64,000 bases of DNA, taken from the NCBI RefSeq assembly GCF_006345805.1, contig NC_043002.1, forward strand, positions 103,788,001 through 103,852,000, written 5' to 3'. Position 1 is the first letter of the stretch; each line of letters begins with the position of its first letter. A model generated the notes under the pieces. That model did no database searches. It had not been told where the DNA came from and saw nothing but the letters and a program-made list of their open reading frames with translations. Positions 25,006-38,390 of this stretch are shown in pieces. The translations under genes were made by a program, and so were the position numbers. Source of the DNA: Octopus sinensis (Eukaryota).

Positions 25006-26573
25006 CACCTTAGGAACTTTATTCAGTCAACCCGGTGCAAACATGGAATCCTAGTACCAGCAGATAAAACGGGTAATATGTATAGAGTTGATTACGATAT
25101 TTATAGCAAATTAATTAGGAAGGAACTAAACTCCAAATATAAAATTACGACTAAGAACAATTTGAAAAAAGTAAACATGGAAATGAAAGAGATCATGGAG
25201 AAACTAAATTTAACGGATAGAACGGAGCCACTTAAACCGTGTGAGCCCAGGATCAACCTTAAAGACCACAAAAAGAACTTCTTGGAAAACCCTTCGGTAA
25301 GGCTGATCTGTCCAACTAAGTCGGACATTGGCCGACTTAGTAAATCTACCCCAAATAACCCCTCTTCTCCCCTTAAACCTATGGCTAAGTACGGATGAAG
25401 TTCTAAAATGGTTTAACTCTCTAACTAATACTAGTAGTCTGTCCTTTATTCAGTTCGATATTAATAGTTATTACTCTAGTATTTCCCCTATCTTACTCAA
25501 CAAATCACTAATATTTGCCATGAATCGCTCCCTCATATCTAGAGAAGAAATCAATATTGTGCTACTAGCTAGGAAGACATTTATAGAATTTGAAGATAAT
25601 TATGGACTAGAGCAGATACACCTAATTTTTTTGATATACCAATGGGTTCCAGTGATTCGGCTGAGGTAACCAACCTAGTAGGCGCATATCTATTAAAATG
25701 CATAAGCAAGGATATACCAGAAATACAGGGGGGTCTATATAGGGATGATGCTCTGTTTGTTATCCCTAGTAATAATAAATCTGTTATAGAAAGGATTAGA
25801 AAGAAAATTAATAAGTTCTTTAAGGATTTCAACCTCAGTATAACGTATGAACCGGGCACTAAAATAGTTAACTTCTAGATATTACGCTAGACCTTAACTC
25901 CAAGCTACATTACCCATTTAGAAAGGAAGGCGAAATCACGAATTACGTAAATAAATTATCAAATCATCCCACAAATATAATAGAATCTTTAGTAAGAAAT
26001 ATTTTATTAAGAATTTCAAAATTATCATCCAATAAGGATATATTTAACTCCCATTCTGAGCATTATAATGAGGCGTTAACTAAGGCTGGATACAACCAAA
26101 AGATTACATTCGTTGATAAGGGGAACTCACGTATTCCTAATAATGAAGTTATCAGTAATCACGTAAGCAGCAATACAGACCAAGCCCGAAATAAAAGTAG
26201 AATTAAATTAATGGTAAAAGCTAATCTAGCGTACAGGCCCAACAATTCAAATAGAAGCATTGACCAGAACATAGGTAACTCGGATAATATTGAAGTAGAT
26301 AAACCTAAGATGCACACAAATAAAAATAAAAATAATAGTAATAAATACAATAACTCCGGTGAGATGAATAGTAGTAATTCTACGAACCCTAAATTTAATA
26401 AAAAAGATATATTATGGCTGAATATTCCTTTCAACTGTGCGATACAATCGGATATACAGAACAAATTCAAAGTAATTCTGGAAAAAAATTTCCCTATCTC
26501 TCATAGATATCATAGAATTATTTCTAGGAAAACAGGATTTCTTATTCAACCCTCCCAAATATGTCCACTTTAA
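25006..26573 (+). pseudogene. PLE reverse transcriptase, thumb and linker (5'-truncated, frameshifted)
   Basis: Motifs VPADKTGNMY, LKDHKKNF..NPSVRLICPTKSDIG, FDINSYYSSI, FDIPMGSSDSAEV, LYRDDAL, LDITLDL, SNHP and ILWLNIPF. Frame breaks near 25345, 25602, 25875 and 26535. Confidence 0.9.
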
Positions 26574-27514
26574 TAGCTAAGATTAATAATAACAACATTA
26601 AACTAGCCAGGAAAGACAGAAATAAAAATAATAATATCAGCATGAATACCAATAGCAATTATAATAATACTACCAACAATAAAAACAGCAATAGTAACTA
26701 TCAAAACATAGGTGAAATTAGTAACCACAGAATGACTAATAACTTTAACATTAATAGTAATAATAACAATGCCGATATTAATAGAAGTAATAATGTTAAT
26801 AATAGAAATAATAGATATAAGGCTAATGGAGAAAATAAGGAGAATGAAAATATCAGTGATATTTATAACAACAATATGCAGTCGGATAAAAAGACTAACA
26901 ATAATAGTAACATTACCAATAATATAAGAAATCATGGTAGGACTTTAGACCTAAATGATGAAACAGAAGGATCAATAAATAATAGCAATACTTTAGATAT
27001 CAGCACCAACTATAGAAATGATAATCAAAATAATAGAAACCTAAGACATCTACCCAAGAATAATCCAAAGCCTGAAGTTGTTCCTCCTGTGTGTAAGTGT
27101 AGAATAAAATCAAAATGCCCGGCACCTGGTCTATGTGGGGAAAATAACGTAATCTATAAATGTACCATATCCACGGAGAATAACAAATATCTTTACATTG
27201 GATGTACAATTAATTTTCTAGCCAGAGTTAGAAATCACATCTCGTCTTTTAAATTACGTCATAAAGCTGGTACCACCACACTTTCAAACAAAATCTGCGA
27301 ACTCAAAAATAATAATAAAAATTATAACCTTAATTGGGAAATAGTTAGGAGAGCAATTCCGTATAAAAATAGTAGGGTTGGTTGCCAACTATGCTCCATG
27401 GAGACGTATGAAATTCTAAAGCATAGAAAACATAGAAACTTATTGAATAACCATATCGAACTAGGTCAAGTTTGTGTCCACGCTAAATTGAAGACTTTAA
27501 AATATTTTAAATGA
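26561..27514 (+). CDS. PLE C-terminal region: Asn-rich linker, Cys motif and GIY-YIG endonuclease
   Basis: CKCRIKSKCPAPGLC, VIYKC...YLYIGCT, RVRNH, CQLC and CVH. The ATG is internal (..SYSTLPNMSTL..), so this is the tail of the single PLE ORF rather than a separate gene. Confidence 0.88.
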   Translation: MSTLIAKINNNNIKLARKDRNKNNNISMNTNSNYNNTTNNKNSNSNYQNIGEISNHRMTNNFNINSNNNNADINRSNNVNNRNNRYKANGENKENENISDIYNNNMQSDKKTNNNSNITNNIRNHGRTLDLNDETEGSINNSNTLDISTNYRNDNQNNRNLRHLPKNNPKPEVVPPVCKCRIKSKCPAPGLCGENNVIYKCTISTENNKYLYIGCTINFLARVRNHISSFKLRHKAGTTTLSNKICELKNNNKNYNLNWEIVRRAIPYKNSRVGCQLCSMETYEILKHRKHRNLLNNHIELGQVCVHAKLKTLKYFK

Positions 27515-28812
27515 TTAGAATATTCGTAACTAGATAGATATAACTTGATTTCTACTAGTATAGCACTGCTTTAAGTAGATAACTAAGAGCTCTCACACTA
27601 CAGTTATCTTTTTCCTTATATCTGCATCAGTTTTTTGAGAACAGGGAAATGAATAGTACTTATACGCTGCTTAATTGAGGCTTTATTTAATTTCAAACTC
27701 ATAATTTTTAAATTCTTAATTTTAAATCTTAATTGTAATTTTTAATTTTAATTCCTAACTTAATCTAATTTAAGTAGCATAACTCTAATAAAATAAAGTG
27801 AGTTACTATAGCCCCATAATTCTATTTCAAAATTAAATAAATAAGGCTACTCCCTCGGTGATAATATGATTATCTTCATTATGATAAACAATCCCCTAAC
27901 ACCTTGTAAATGATCTTCTAAGATTTGACCTGTAGTCCGTCAATGTATGAATAATAACGGCAACTCCTTAAGACAATAAAATGAATAAATTAAATAAGTA
28001 AATTTTAATGACTTTTTGATAAGATTATACTTAGATTTTCCTAATGTATTTTCTTTTGATTTTAGCATCTGACCCCTAAACCCCTGACTGTGTTATCTCT
28101 TTAGATTCTCTTTAAATTCATAGCTGATTTCAACAGCAATAAATTAGCTGTTTTACTGGTCAAAGAATAATATTCTCCTCTAGTTCCTAGATGCCTGTAA
28201 ATTAAAACCAGACTTGCCGTCTACTAATTCTTCTGTATAACTAGAACCCTCTTTTTTTTTTTTTCTTTTTCTTTTTTCCCTTCTTTCCCTATTTCTTTCT
28301 CTTTTCTCTTTTTTTCTTTTTCTTCTTCTTATTCTCTTTTTCCTTTTCTCTTCTCTTTTAGTCCCCTTCCCCCCCTTTTTGCTCCCTCCTCCTTTATTTT
28401 CTCTCTTTTCTTCTATTCCCTTCCCTTTTCTATTCTTTGCCTCTCTAGAAAGCCCTTCAGCCTTTAAAAGTTAAATAGCTACAGCCTCTTGTAATAGCAG
28501 TAATGTGATTAATGTGGCAAATACCTAATCATATAACAAGAATTGATACCTACCTCATTGTGTTCAACCATTGATAAATTTATCGCCTGTGAATATGAAA
28601 TTCCTCTTCATTTCTCTGGAAATTTACATCTACACCATTGGAAATTGTGCATCTATACAAAGGATTAATTCACCCTCTCTGTAATGCTAATAAGCAGGAA
28701 TTGAGACCCACCACGTTGTGATTAACAATGGATAAATTTGTCTTCTGTGAGTATGTAATCCCTCATCATATCTCTGGAAATTCATATGTGCACTATGGAT
28801 TAGGTCACCTTC

Positions 28813-29095
28813 TCTGTGATGCTATTAAAACTTTTTTAAAATTCTGTGATAAGACTGTACATCATCTTTAAAGAACTTTAATGAACTTTGGAAATCTGTT
28901 TATGTTACTTAATTATCTACATTACTTCATGAGTATAGCCTCAACCACTAGGATGTCTAGAGAACTCACATGTATTTTAGCTGATGAGTACGGGACACGT
29001 TTATATGCTGTAATTTTTGCAACTTTTAATAAAGCCTGTCCTTGTATGAAACGATTGTACTAAAAACCTATCCATTCTTGTTGCTTCTTTCTCGC
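28813..29095 (+). repeat. 3' pseudo-LTR segment of the PLE
   Basis: Partner of the inverted copy at 24724-25005. Confidence 0.95.
28975..29065 (+). ncRNA. Type I hammerhead ribozyme motif in the PLE 3' pseudo-LTR
   Basis: TTTTAG-CTGATGA-GTACGGGACA..(39 nt)..TGTCCTTGTAT-GAAA-CGATTG-TA-CTAAAA: 6-bp stem I, ~10-bp stem II with G-U pairs and one bulge, GUA triplet. Confidence 0.78.
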
Positions 29096-29649
29096 GTATA
29101 TATATATATATATATATATATAGTATTAAAATAAGAGCAGGGACTACTAGTTTCTTGCTGTGAAGACACGTAAGTTACGTCTCCAAGCAATCTTCTGGTT
29201 GTAAGCCCATGGTCTATTCATGAGAAACCAGCGTTTGTGTTTTCAGATAAAGCAAACCAATGTGCTTAGGTCCTAAAGTTTGCTTGTAAACACACGGCAC
29301 ATTTTAAAAAACGTCTCTAACCACGTATCTTGAGTGTAAGAAATTATCATTATATCTTATTTTAATACAATGCAGATTGTGTTATATTTCTCTTTCGGCA
29401 GATGTAGTATTTTCATCTTTATTGCTTATCATCCATTTACGGAAGACGTATTATTCAAAGATCCAGAGCACAATGCCACAATTTCCGACTTGAGCCAAAG
29501 ACAAGAAATTACTCCAAATACTTGTTAGAAAGTTTGCATGATTGGAGTCAATAGACGTGTGAGTTTATGTGCATATGTGTGTGAGTGTGTGTGTGTGTGT
29601 GTGTGGGCGCGTTTATGTGTGTGTGTGTATGCGTGTTTTATTTTGCGCA

Positions 29650-30950
29650 GCCCACTTCTGTATCGCATCCAGCTCCTGTTGCAGATGCCCAACATCTCCA
29701 AGGTTCTGTAACCTCTGGGAGACTCTTGCATCATCCGCATAGCTAACAAGAGTGGTTATCTGATCAGCTGACGGAATGTCTCAGAGGCCCACTATGAATA
29801 GCAGAAGCCCCTAAGGCAGTGCTCTATTGAACACAACTCATTATTTGCCTTTTCTTGTATCGGTTTTTGTTGAAAATCAGGTGTGAAAATCAGGTTCACG
29901 TTCTTCTAGAAGTTCCAGATGCATATCACTGCGTGTCTTTCGCACCTGCGTACTATGGATTAGAGTCTGAACGTCTTCCGCCACTCCCAGTAGCTGGTAT
30001 GTCACACTGATATAAATCTTTTTGTATAGCTTCACTGGATTGCTTCGAGTACCGTCGTCAGTTTTACACTATGTAGTGACCATGGTTGGGAGCAGTAACC
30101 TAAACTGCCGAGAGTAAATCTCCTCCAAAGAGCACCATATTTTCTTATTCTCTGGTTCTGAAAGTTCTATTGAACCATCCGCTTAACGGACTGCATTTTG
30201 TTACCAATTTGGCATATGTACTTGGAAAATGCATCATTACTCATTTCGTTGCCCAGGTAACACACTGATTTTGATTCACGTATTGCAATCTTTCTTAGGC
30301 CAGTGTATTCTGTCTACTTTCCTTTGTGTTTCCTATGTTGATAGCGATGGGCTTGGAATTTTCCAGCATCAAACTGCATGTCATTTCCCGTAGCCCACTT
30401 CTCTCTGGCACAACCTCCTAGCATATTGGCAGGCAATACCGAAATGAATTCTTTGAATTGACCTTCAGTGTCAGTTGTAGAGAGACATTGGGGCCAGTCC
30501 TGTTTGATGATCTCAGCAAGGGAATTTTGGTTTTGTTAAGCAAGTTGCAACAGTCTAGGGATGTTCATAAAGAATATTGGTGTGAATTAAGGGCTGATGC
30601 CACCCTAGATCCATTGGTTTTGGCGGTCTTGTATATTGGTTGGAATGGGTTCGACACTAGAACTGATGTAGTCAAGTCAGTCGCTGTACAATCTTTAGTG
30701 TAATGAATGAATGAGATTGCTATTTATCTGCAGCCCTTATAATGGAACCTGGATAGGGTTGGCTGTTCGAGCTTGTGCTCACTGCATCAGCATATTTCCA
30801 TTCTGGAGAAGTGGATGCGCGACGTTTTGCCCTATAGGGTTTTTCTTTATTCTTTGACCCCCACGGAGGGAAATTTAAATCCTGCCTGTGACATGGATTA
30901 GGGGCAGGAAATAGGAATTTTTACCGTCATATCCACGACAGGAGACACCG
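29650..30950 (-). pseudogene. Decayed CR1/L2-like LINE fragment
   Basis: Minus-strand remnants WATGNDMQFDAGKF, LGYCSQPWS..LEAIQ.SYTK and SYWE match the CR1-type RT C-terminus. DLNFP..W near 30880 resembles an APE motif. Many stops and frameshifts. Confidence 0.7.
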
Positions 30951-31395
30951 CACAGGTAGAATCAATTTGATTAATACGTAGAATTCGTCCTTGGAAAAAC
31001 AATGTTTGTAGAGATCCATTTTTTTTTTCCATTAGTCAATAAATTCTCGCGCTTTTTCCGTTTGTTCTTCTCATTAACACACACATTCTCTTTCTCTTTT
31101 TTCTCTCTCTCTTTCTTTTTCTCTCATTCTTTCTCTCTCTCATCTTTTCGCTTTCTCTCCCACTCTTTCCATCACACATCATATACCTGTTTCTCAGATG
31201 GCGCTGTGTCTTTGTTTTTTCGGTTAAACGATACACAGTTTCTGTACAATACAAATAAATACCAGAAAAAGCTTACAAACAGCATACACATATATGCTTC
31301 CTGACATACACACACACACTTACACATACATGCACACATACACATTTTATTTACTGTCTTTCTATACGGCCCTACATATAAAAATACACATGAGC

Positions 31396-31447
<52 letters not shown>

Positions 31448-31476
31448 ATATATATATACATATATACATATATGTA

Positions 31477-31520
<44 letters not shown>

Positions 31521-31574
31521 CATATTTATATATCTATGTATATATAATATATATATATATATTATATATATATA

Positions 31575-31626
<52 letters not shown>

Positions 31627-32343
31627 ATATATATATACATATATATGTGTGTGTAGCTGCGTAAATAGTGGCAGTAGATAAAATGCGTGTGAGCGCATGC
31701 GTGTGAAAATGTGTCTGTGTTTGGGGAAACATGCAAATAAATGCCGACGAATGTATATATATATGTGTATTAATGGGTATTTCTTTACACCATAAATAAT
31801 TGCGTAAATTTCAGGGTGACATCCTTCTGATGCGTCTGTTCATATGATACTCGTGGTAGAGAAAGAACTTAATAAAAACGTATGGGAAAACGTATGAGTG
31901 TGTATAAATGCGTTTGGATATACATACATTCATCCATACATAAACATACATACATACATAAACGTATACACGTGCATAAATACACGTACATACGTATATA
32001 CATATATGCAGATATATTATTGAGGACAAAAGAATTTGGAAGCTTCGAGAGAGCGTGAAATAATTCCTTTTCTATCATTGAACTGGGAGTAGAAAAGTTG
32101 TAAAAATATCGGGTAATTATTCTTCTCTAATCTAGACACAAGGCGCAGAATTTTGGGGGAGGGGACCAGTGGATTACATCGACTCCAGTAGGGGACTGGT
32201 ACTTAATTTATTGAAAGGCAATGTTGACCTCAGTGGAGTTTGATATTGTGTAAATAATTGATTTAAAAAACCGTTATAGAGGAAAATATATTAAGAAACC
32301 GAAAGACGTGTATATGTTATATATATATTATATATATATATAT

Positions 32344-32344
<1 letters not shown>

Positions 32345-32396
<52 letters not shown>

Positions 32397-32404
32397 CAGA
32401 TATC

Positions 32405-32439
<35 letters not shown>

Positions 32440-32465
32440 TATATATACAGATAGATAGATAGATC

Positions 32466-32498
<33 letters not shown>
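32345..32498. repeat. (GATA)n and (TA)n microsatellites
   Basis: Read directly from the sequence. Confidence 0.95.
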
Positions 32499-32499
<1 letters not shown>

Positions 32500-32756
32500 A
32501 AATTGCACACATGGTAAAACATACGAGAAGAACAAAATATATGACAGCAAATTAAACAAACGTCTGAAGTGAAACACTTTGACTGTAATTAAATAAATAT
32601 CGTAACTAAAGCTGTGTACGTAGTCTAAAATTGCCATCAAATACGTTGATAGTTAATTGTGTTTATAATACTGTTACAACATTAAAGATTTGTGAAGGTA
32701 ACGGAAGACGTGCATGGTTTAAAGTGTTATTCTTACTTTTACTACTATATCTCACA

Positions 32757-32793
<37 letters not shown>

Positions 32794-33337
32794 TACATGT
32801 ATGTAAAACTGTGCATGTATTTATATTTGTAAAGATATGCAGGCGTATGCAGAATGGTGAGTCACAAATTGAGATAAATGAAAATTGCATTACTTTCTGA
32901 CTTGCGCTCGTAATTATATACACTCCTTAAACATTTAACAAAAGGAGCTGTGGTCATGCTGGAGTACCAACGTTGGCTTTGCCAGACATTCATTATTTGA
33001 ACCCCTTCGTTGATAAGTGGCATTTGGTTAGTGATGAAGCTGCGCTCAAGTTTATCTCCTGCCGGGAGGTAGATTTATCCTGAGAATTCAGTTTTGTTTT
33101 GAAAACGATTACATCAACAATTTGTAGGTCTCACGGGTATTTTAGAGTTTTAGAAGGATACTGAAAGCTGTGATCACTTGAAACCCAAGCTGTTGCAGTA
33201 TCTGGTTCTGTATTTTGATGGCAATATTGGGGTCTTCCGCAATACACAGCGGCACCCCTGTCTGCTGTTTTTTAACTTCTCATGCCAAAGTTTGGAACAA
33301 ATCCATCCTGGAATATTCAGATGTCTATTGATTGATT

Positions 33338-33459
33338 GATTGATTCTAGTTTCAGCTCACGAGCTGTGGCCATGCTGGGGCACCGCCATTTATAAAATTA
33401 ATACCTGCGTATCTTCATATATATATATATATTATATATATATATATATAATATATATA

Positions 33460-33492
<33 letters not shown>

Positions 33493-33560
33493 AATATATA
33501 TATATATGTATATATATATATGTATATATATATAATATATATATATATAATATATATATT

Positions 33561-33593
<33 letters not shown>

Positions 33594-33648
33594 GGATTGA
33601 TTCTAGTTTCAGCTCACGAGCTGTGGCCATGCTGGGGCACCGCCATTT
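33338..33648 (-). repeat. Two identical 54-bp SINE 3'-end fragments (33338-33391, 33595-33648) flanking a TA-rich tract
   Basis: GATTGATTCTAGTTTCAGCTCACGAGCTGTGGCCATGCTGGGGCACCGCCATTT occurs twice. Its reverse complement resembles the SINE tail GGCGGTGCTCCAGCATGGCC..TGAAAC. Confidence 0.85.
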
Positions 33649-34226
33649 GGTGTTGCTACATGGTTTTACTTCACGAATACTTTTTAGCAACTGCCATTTG
33701 GTGCATGAGAGAGTTCGATGCTGCTGCCCTCATGTATGTATATATATATATAAACACACACATATATATATATATCCTTATGAAGAAACGTTCATCGGGT
33801 TCGTCATAGTCGAGGTGTTATCTAAACTCTTTCATACATGTTTAAGACTCTAACTACAGATTGTATATAACATACTATGATATAACATACGATTACATCA
33901 ATAAATATCTACTGAAAATAACTCTTGTAAGTTTTAACGCCCCTTTATGTTCTTTTCTGGGAAATCCCAGAAACACCTTGAATTGTTTTCCAGTAATAAT
34001 GATGTATATGACTTGAGATGCCTGCTTTGCCTCACCGTTCGTTGTCCTCTTTAACAATAATATAACCCCTGCATCGGATATCTTCAATGTCTCCATATCT
34101 ACCATATCGGCTATAACCTTGGAGCCCTAGTTAACCGTTACAGCAATTCCCTAGCGTACTTGATCGTCTAGATCACTTGTGAACTAAAGCATCATAGTTC
34201 ATATTTCATATGTATCTATCTATCTA

Positions 34227-34295
<69 letters not shown>

Positions 34296-34305
34296 CTCTC
34301 TCTCT

Positions 34306-34361
<56 letters not shown>

Positions 34362-34695
34362 CACACACACATATATACACACATACATATTTATGTATAG
34401 ATATATAAGGAAACTGCTGATACTGACATCAGTTTCTGCTTTCTAAAAATGTTGTGTAATCATTCGATTTAATAAATCGCTGTTTTAATATAAAACTTCA
34501 CACATGACCATATATAGCCTACTGTTTTACCTGTATGGGAGAAACAATTTGTGTAGGTGGATTTGAGTAAATATATACATACATAGACACACACACACAC
34601 ACACACACACCACCACACACACACATATATATATATATATATACATACATGTAATCATATCTATCTATCGATCTATCTATTTATCCATCGATCTG

Positions 34696-34736
<41 letters not shown>

Positions 34737-34768
34737 TTCTATCTATCTCTCTCTCTATCTATATATAT

Positions 34769-34807
<39 letters not shown>

Positions 34808-34847
34808 TAAGGAGATTGATAGATATAGATAATGTTTGTGTGTGCGT

Positions 34848-34886
<39 letters not shown>

Positions 34887-37477
34887 TTATTTCGACATGT
34901 GTGTGTGCTCGTATGTGTGTACATTTTAATTCACTTTAATTAACGTGGGTAATTATATTCAAAAATATATCTACTTACACACATGGGGACAGTAACAAAC
35001 ATGTAGGAACATTTAGAAAAATTGTTGAATGCGGTAACGCATTTCATAAGAGTGTCACTGTGTCCTGGGGGGTTGATGGAAGGGGTTTGTATTGGTTGTT
35101 CTGTCGCCTGCTTAATTTATATTGCGATTATTCTCTTTGTCGCTTTATGTTGCGTCATCATAACACGTTAAATACAGAGAAATATGTTTAGAAATGTAGT
35201 TGCGAGATAAAAGAGGATTCGCACAATGAGACCAAGAATACATCTCAAAAACGTTTGTAAAGGGTTATACACATTTTCCACTGATAATCTTTGAAACGTG
35301 TTGCGAGGAAATTATACACGCACATTCGCGCGCACACACACACACAAATACACACACACACATACACAGGCGTATAATCGCGTCCACAGACACACACAAA
35401 TACAAATGTACATACGAAACACATCCATATATATACATACATACTTGAAAAACATATACATATATATATATATGTATGTATATACACACGCTTAAAAACA
35501 TATACATATATATATATACATATACACATATACGTATGTATATATTTATATGCATGTATATGTATATATATACATATATATATATGCATATAATATATAC
35601 ATATATCCACACATGCATGTACATATATTATATATATATATATATATGTATGTATATATATATATATAAACATAAATAGGTATATATAAATGTATATATA
35701 TATGTATATATAATATAATATACTATATATACATACATATATATGCATGTAATATATATATATATATATACACTTATACATACATACATAACATTTTACT
35801 GGTACACATATATTTAATCATGCTAACACACAGGAGTTTATGAAAACTTGTGAATAATGACCAATAAAAATTGAACGGAAATGAAATATAAAACGAGAAG
35901 ATATGAGAAATACTGCACAATTAATATAATAAACATTGTTGTTGTTGTTCTTGTATTTGGTCTTATTATTGCTGTTGTTCCTGTTGTCTAATGAATACGA
36001 CTTTTTCAATGGCGCATGTTGTAATTATGCTTCAGACCCAACAAACAGCTTAAGCGGACAAGGCCTACCACAGTACATGGCCAGTTACATGCACCGCAGC
36101 CATTTTTGCACTCCTTAATATATGTGATATACCTAACACCTCAAGCATTGCATCCAGATTCTTTGAAATTGTTACCACGACACCATTAACGAAAGAGAGA
36201 TTTCTGACTGATTATTCATGTATTGTCATTTCCTATCTTGCCAATGTGTGATATGTGCCTTTAACCATTCTCTCGGGAATTGTTATTATTCTTTCAACAC
36301 GGGTTAAAACCCCTGAAACGTGCATGAATTGTGGGTTTTCTACATGCAGCCAATTGCACTAAGTTATCAGTTCAAGGAAGCAAACATTTTGCCACAGATC
36401 TTCTGAGCCCTCTAGGCGAAATGGATTTGTGTAATACATACATACATACACACACATATATACATATCCATATATACACCTGTATATACAAATATTTAAA
36501 TAATTATATAGATTATTATAACAAGGGATTGGCTATAAGCCTCTCTACGCGCTGGAAAAATAGACGCCAAAAGACGCTATGACCACCTTAAAATCTCGGA
36601 AAATAAAATACTGGGCTGTAGTCGGGCAAAAGAATGTTACTGAATTATACGTTTGTTTAACCGTGCACAAGATCCTGTTTTAAATTTGAAATAAAAGAAT
36701 ATATACGTATGTGTAGGTGTACGTGCATCTGCTCCTATAAGCCCGAGAGAAGTTTATACATGGGAAGCAGCTTTCATTTACTCATGTTGAAAACAATTTA
36801 ATTTTTTTATTTATGCTCCCTAGGTATTCATGCTTTCTCAGCCTGACGTTCAAGATGTCTTCTGGTTTGGACCATTTTTCGCAGCCCGTTTACTCAATAG
36901 TTGCGCTATATTTATATCCATAATTTCGCTGTTCGAGCGCTTGTGTTCTTCGTCGTGACTCAATCAAAGACATACATGACTCAAAAATCATACGGATATA
37001 TTTACACATGGCTAGGTATGTACGAATGCTGATGCATGTTTGAATGTATTTATGTTTGTATACACAAATATTCTATAATTATAAATATAAATATAATTAG
37101 GGGTCAGCTAATTGGTTCGCCACGCACAGAATTTAGAAATAGGAGCTAAATTTCCTTTTCTACTACCGCAAAAAGACTTAGTATATCCATGTATTTTCAT
37201 ATCACACACACACGCACATATATATATATATATATAGTTAGTGTTTGAAACATCATAGGGGCCAAAGATGCAAGTAGAATGCGTAATTTTCCGTTATTGT
37301 TCTTGCGGATTTTCTTACAATGCTTCTCAGGAAATCATACGAAACCACGCTCTCTGGCTATATCTTAACCTTTAATCAAGTTATTTGTTATGTGCCTCAG
37401 GGTACGCAAATATTCTTCATGTAAACTGATACGTGTTGCTGTTGCAGTGTGTACGTAATCTTCATAAGGTAGCCAAT

Positions 37478-37512
<35 letters not shown>

Positions 37513-38390
37513 TATATATATATGCATATCTATCTATATATATGTTAATATATATATATATATATATATAGATGTATACCACCTTTTATCAATTCAAAAT
37601 GAACAATTAAATTACACCATCTAGAAAATTACACATAATAGAAATATTATCAGTTTGAATTCATAAAAGGTGGTTCTTTTTAATGTCATATATATATATA
37701 GCTCATTGTGTGAAACTTGATTTAGTATTTCTGTAAGTTAAGATTAATATTCCCTCAAGTAATTATATATATATATATATTTGCTTTAAAGATTTCATGA
37801 ATAAAGTTTAAAATCATATCTATTTTCTTGCCTATATTTTGAGATTGTATCTTCAAATGGTCTTCTAATATTCTTCAACTAATCAATCCAGCCATCTTCC
37901 CTATTATCTATTTCTAGGAGGGACTTGGTGGCGCTGATCTTAGGCACTTGTTTCATAGTGTCCTTTCCCAAGTAGCAGTCATTACGCTTTTCTGACTGGT
38001 TGCCTATGTGTAACTAATTAACGCAATGGACACTATGCAATCACCACATGCTTCGTCAACCCCTGAATCCTGTGCTGGACGGTTCGACTTGAAGAATCTG
38101 TCTTTTGAAACTTATCCATTATAATGGTAATGTAACCTCACAATGCAGAGAAATAGCGACACAAACCGGAGAGGAACTTTGATTTACAAGTTACACATTC
38201 TGCCGAGTGACGTTATACCAGACATTCTCAGAAGGATCAGATGTTGCCTCACATTTAAACCATATTTGAAAATGAGCAGCAAAAGTGAATAAAGTATTGA
38301 AAGGTTCCCTTCTTTACCTACCTCTCCTCTTCCGAGGATCGAATGCAGGAGCTAGCGCATTGCTATTACGGTGATTTATCATTATTATTA

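Larger units (their letters stand above)
24724..29095 (+). mobile_element. Penelope-like element (RT plus C-terminal GIY-YIG), 5'-truncated, with an inverted copy of its 3' pseudo-LTR at the 5' end
   Basis: PLE RT and endonuclease motifs are present. 24724-25005 is the reverse complement of 28813-29095 with one homopolymer indel. The 3' end runs into (TA)n. Confidence 0.93.

Noticed and set aside
37920-37975. Possible small exon (RDLVALILGTCFIVSFP) after TTTCTAG
   Set aside because: Weak donor, no recognisable family and no partner exons.
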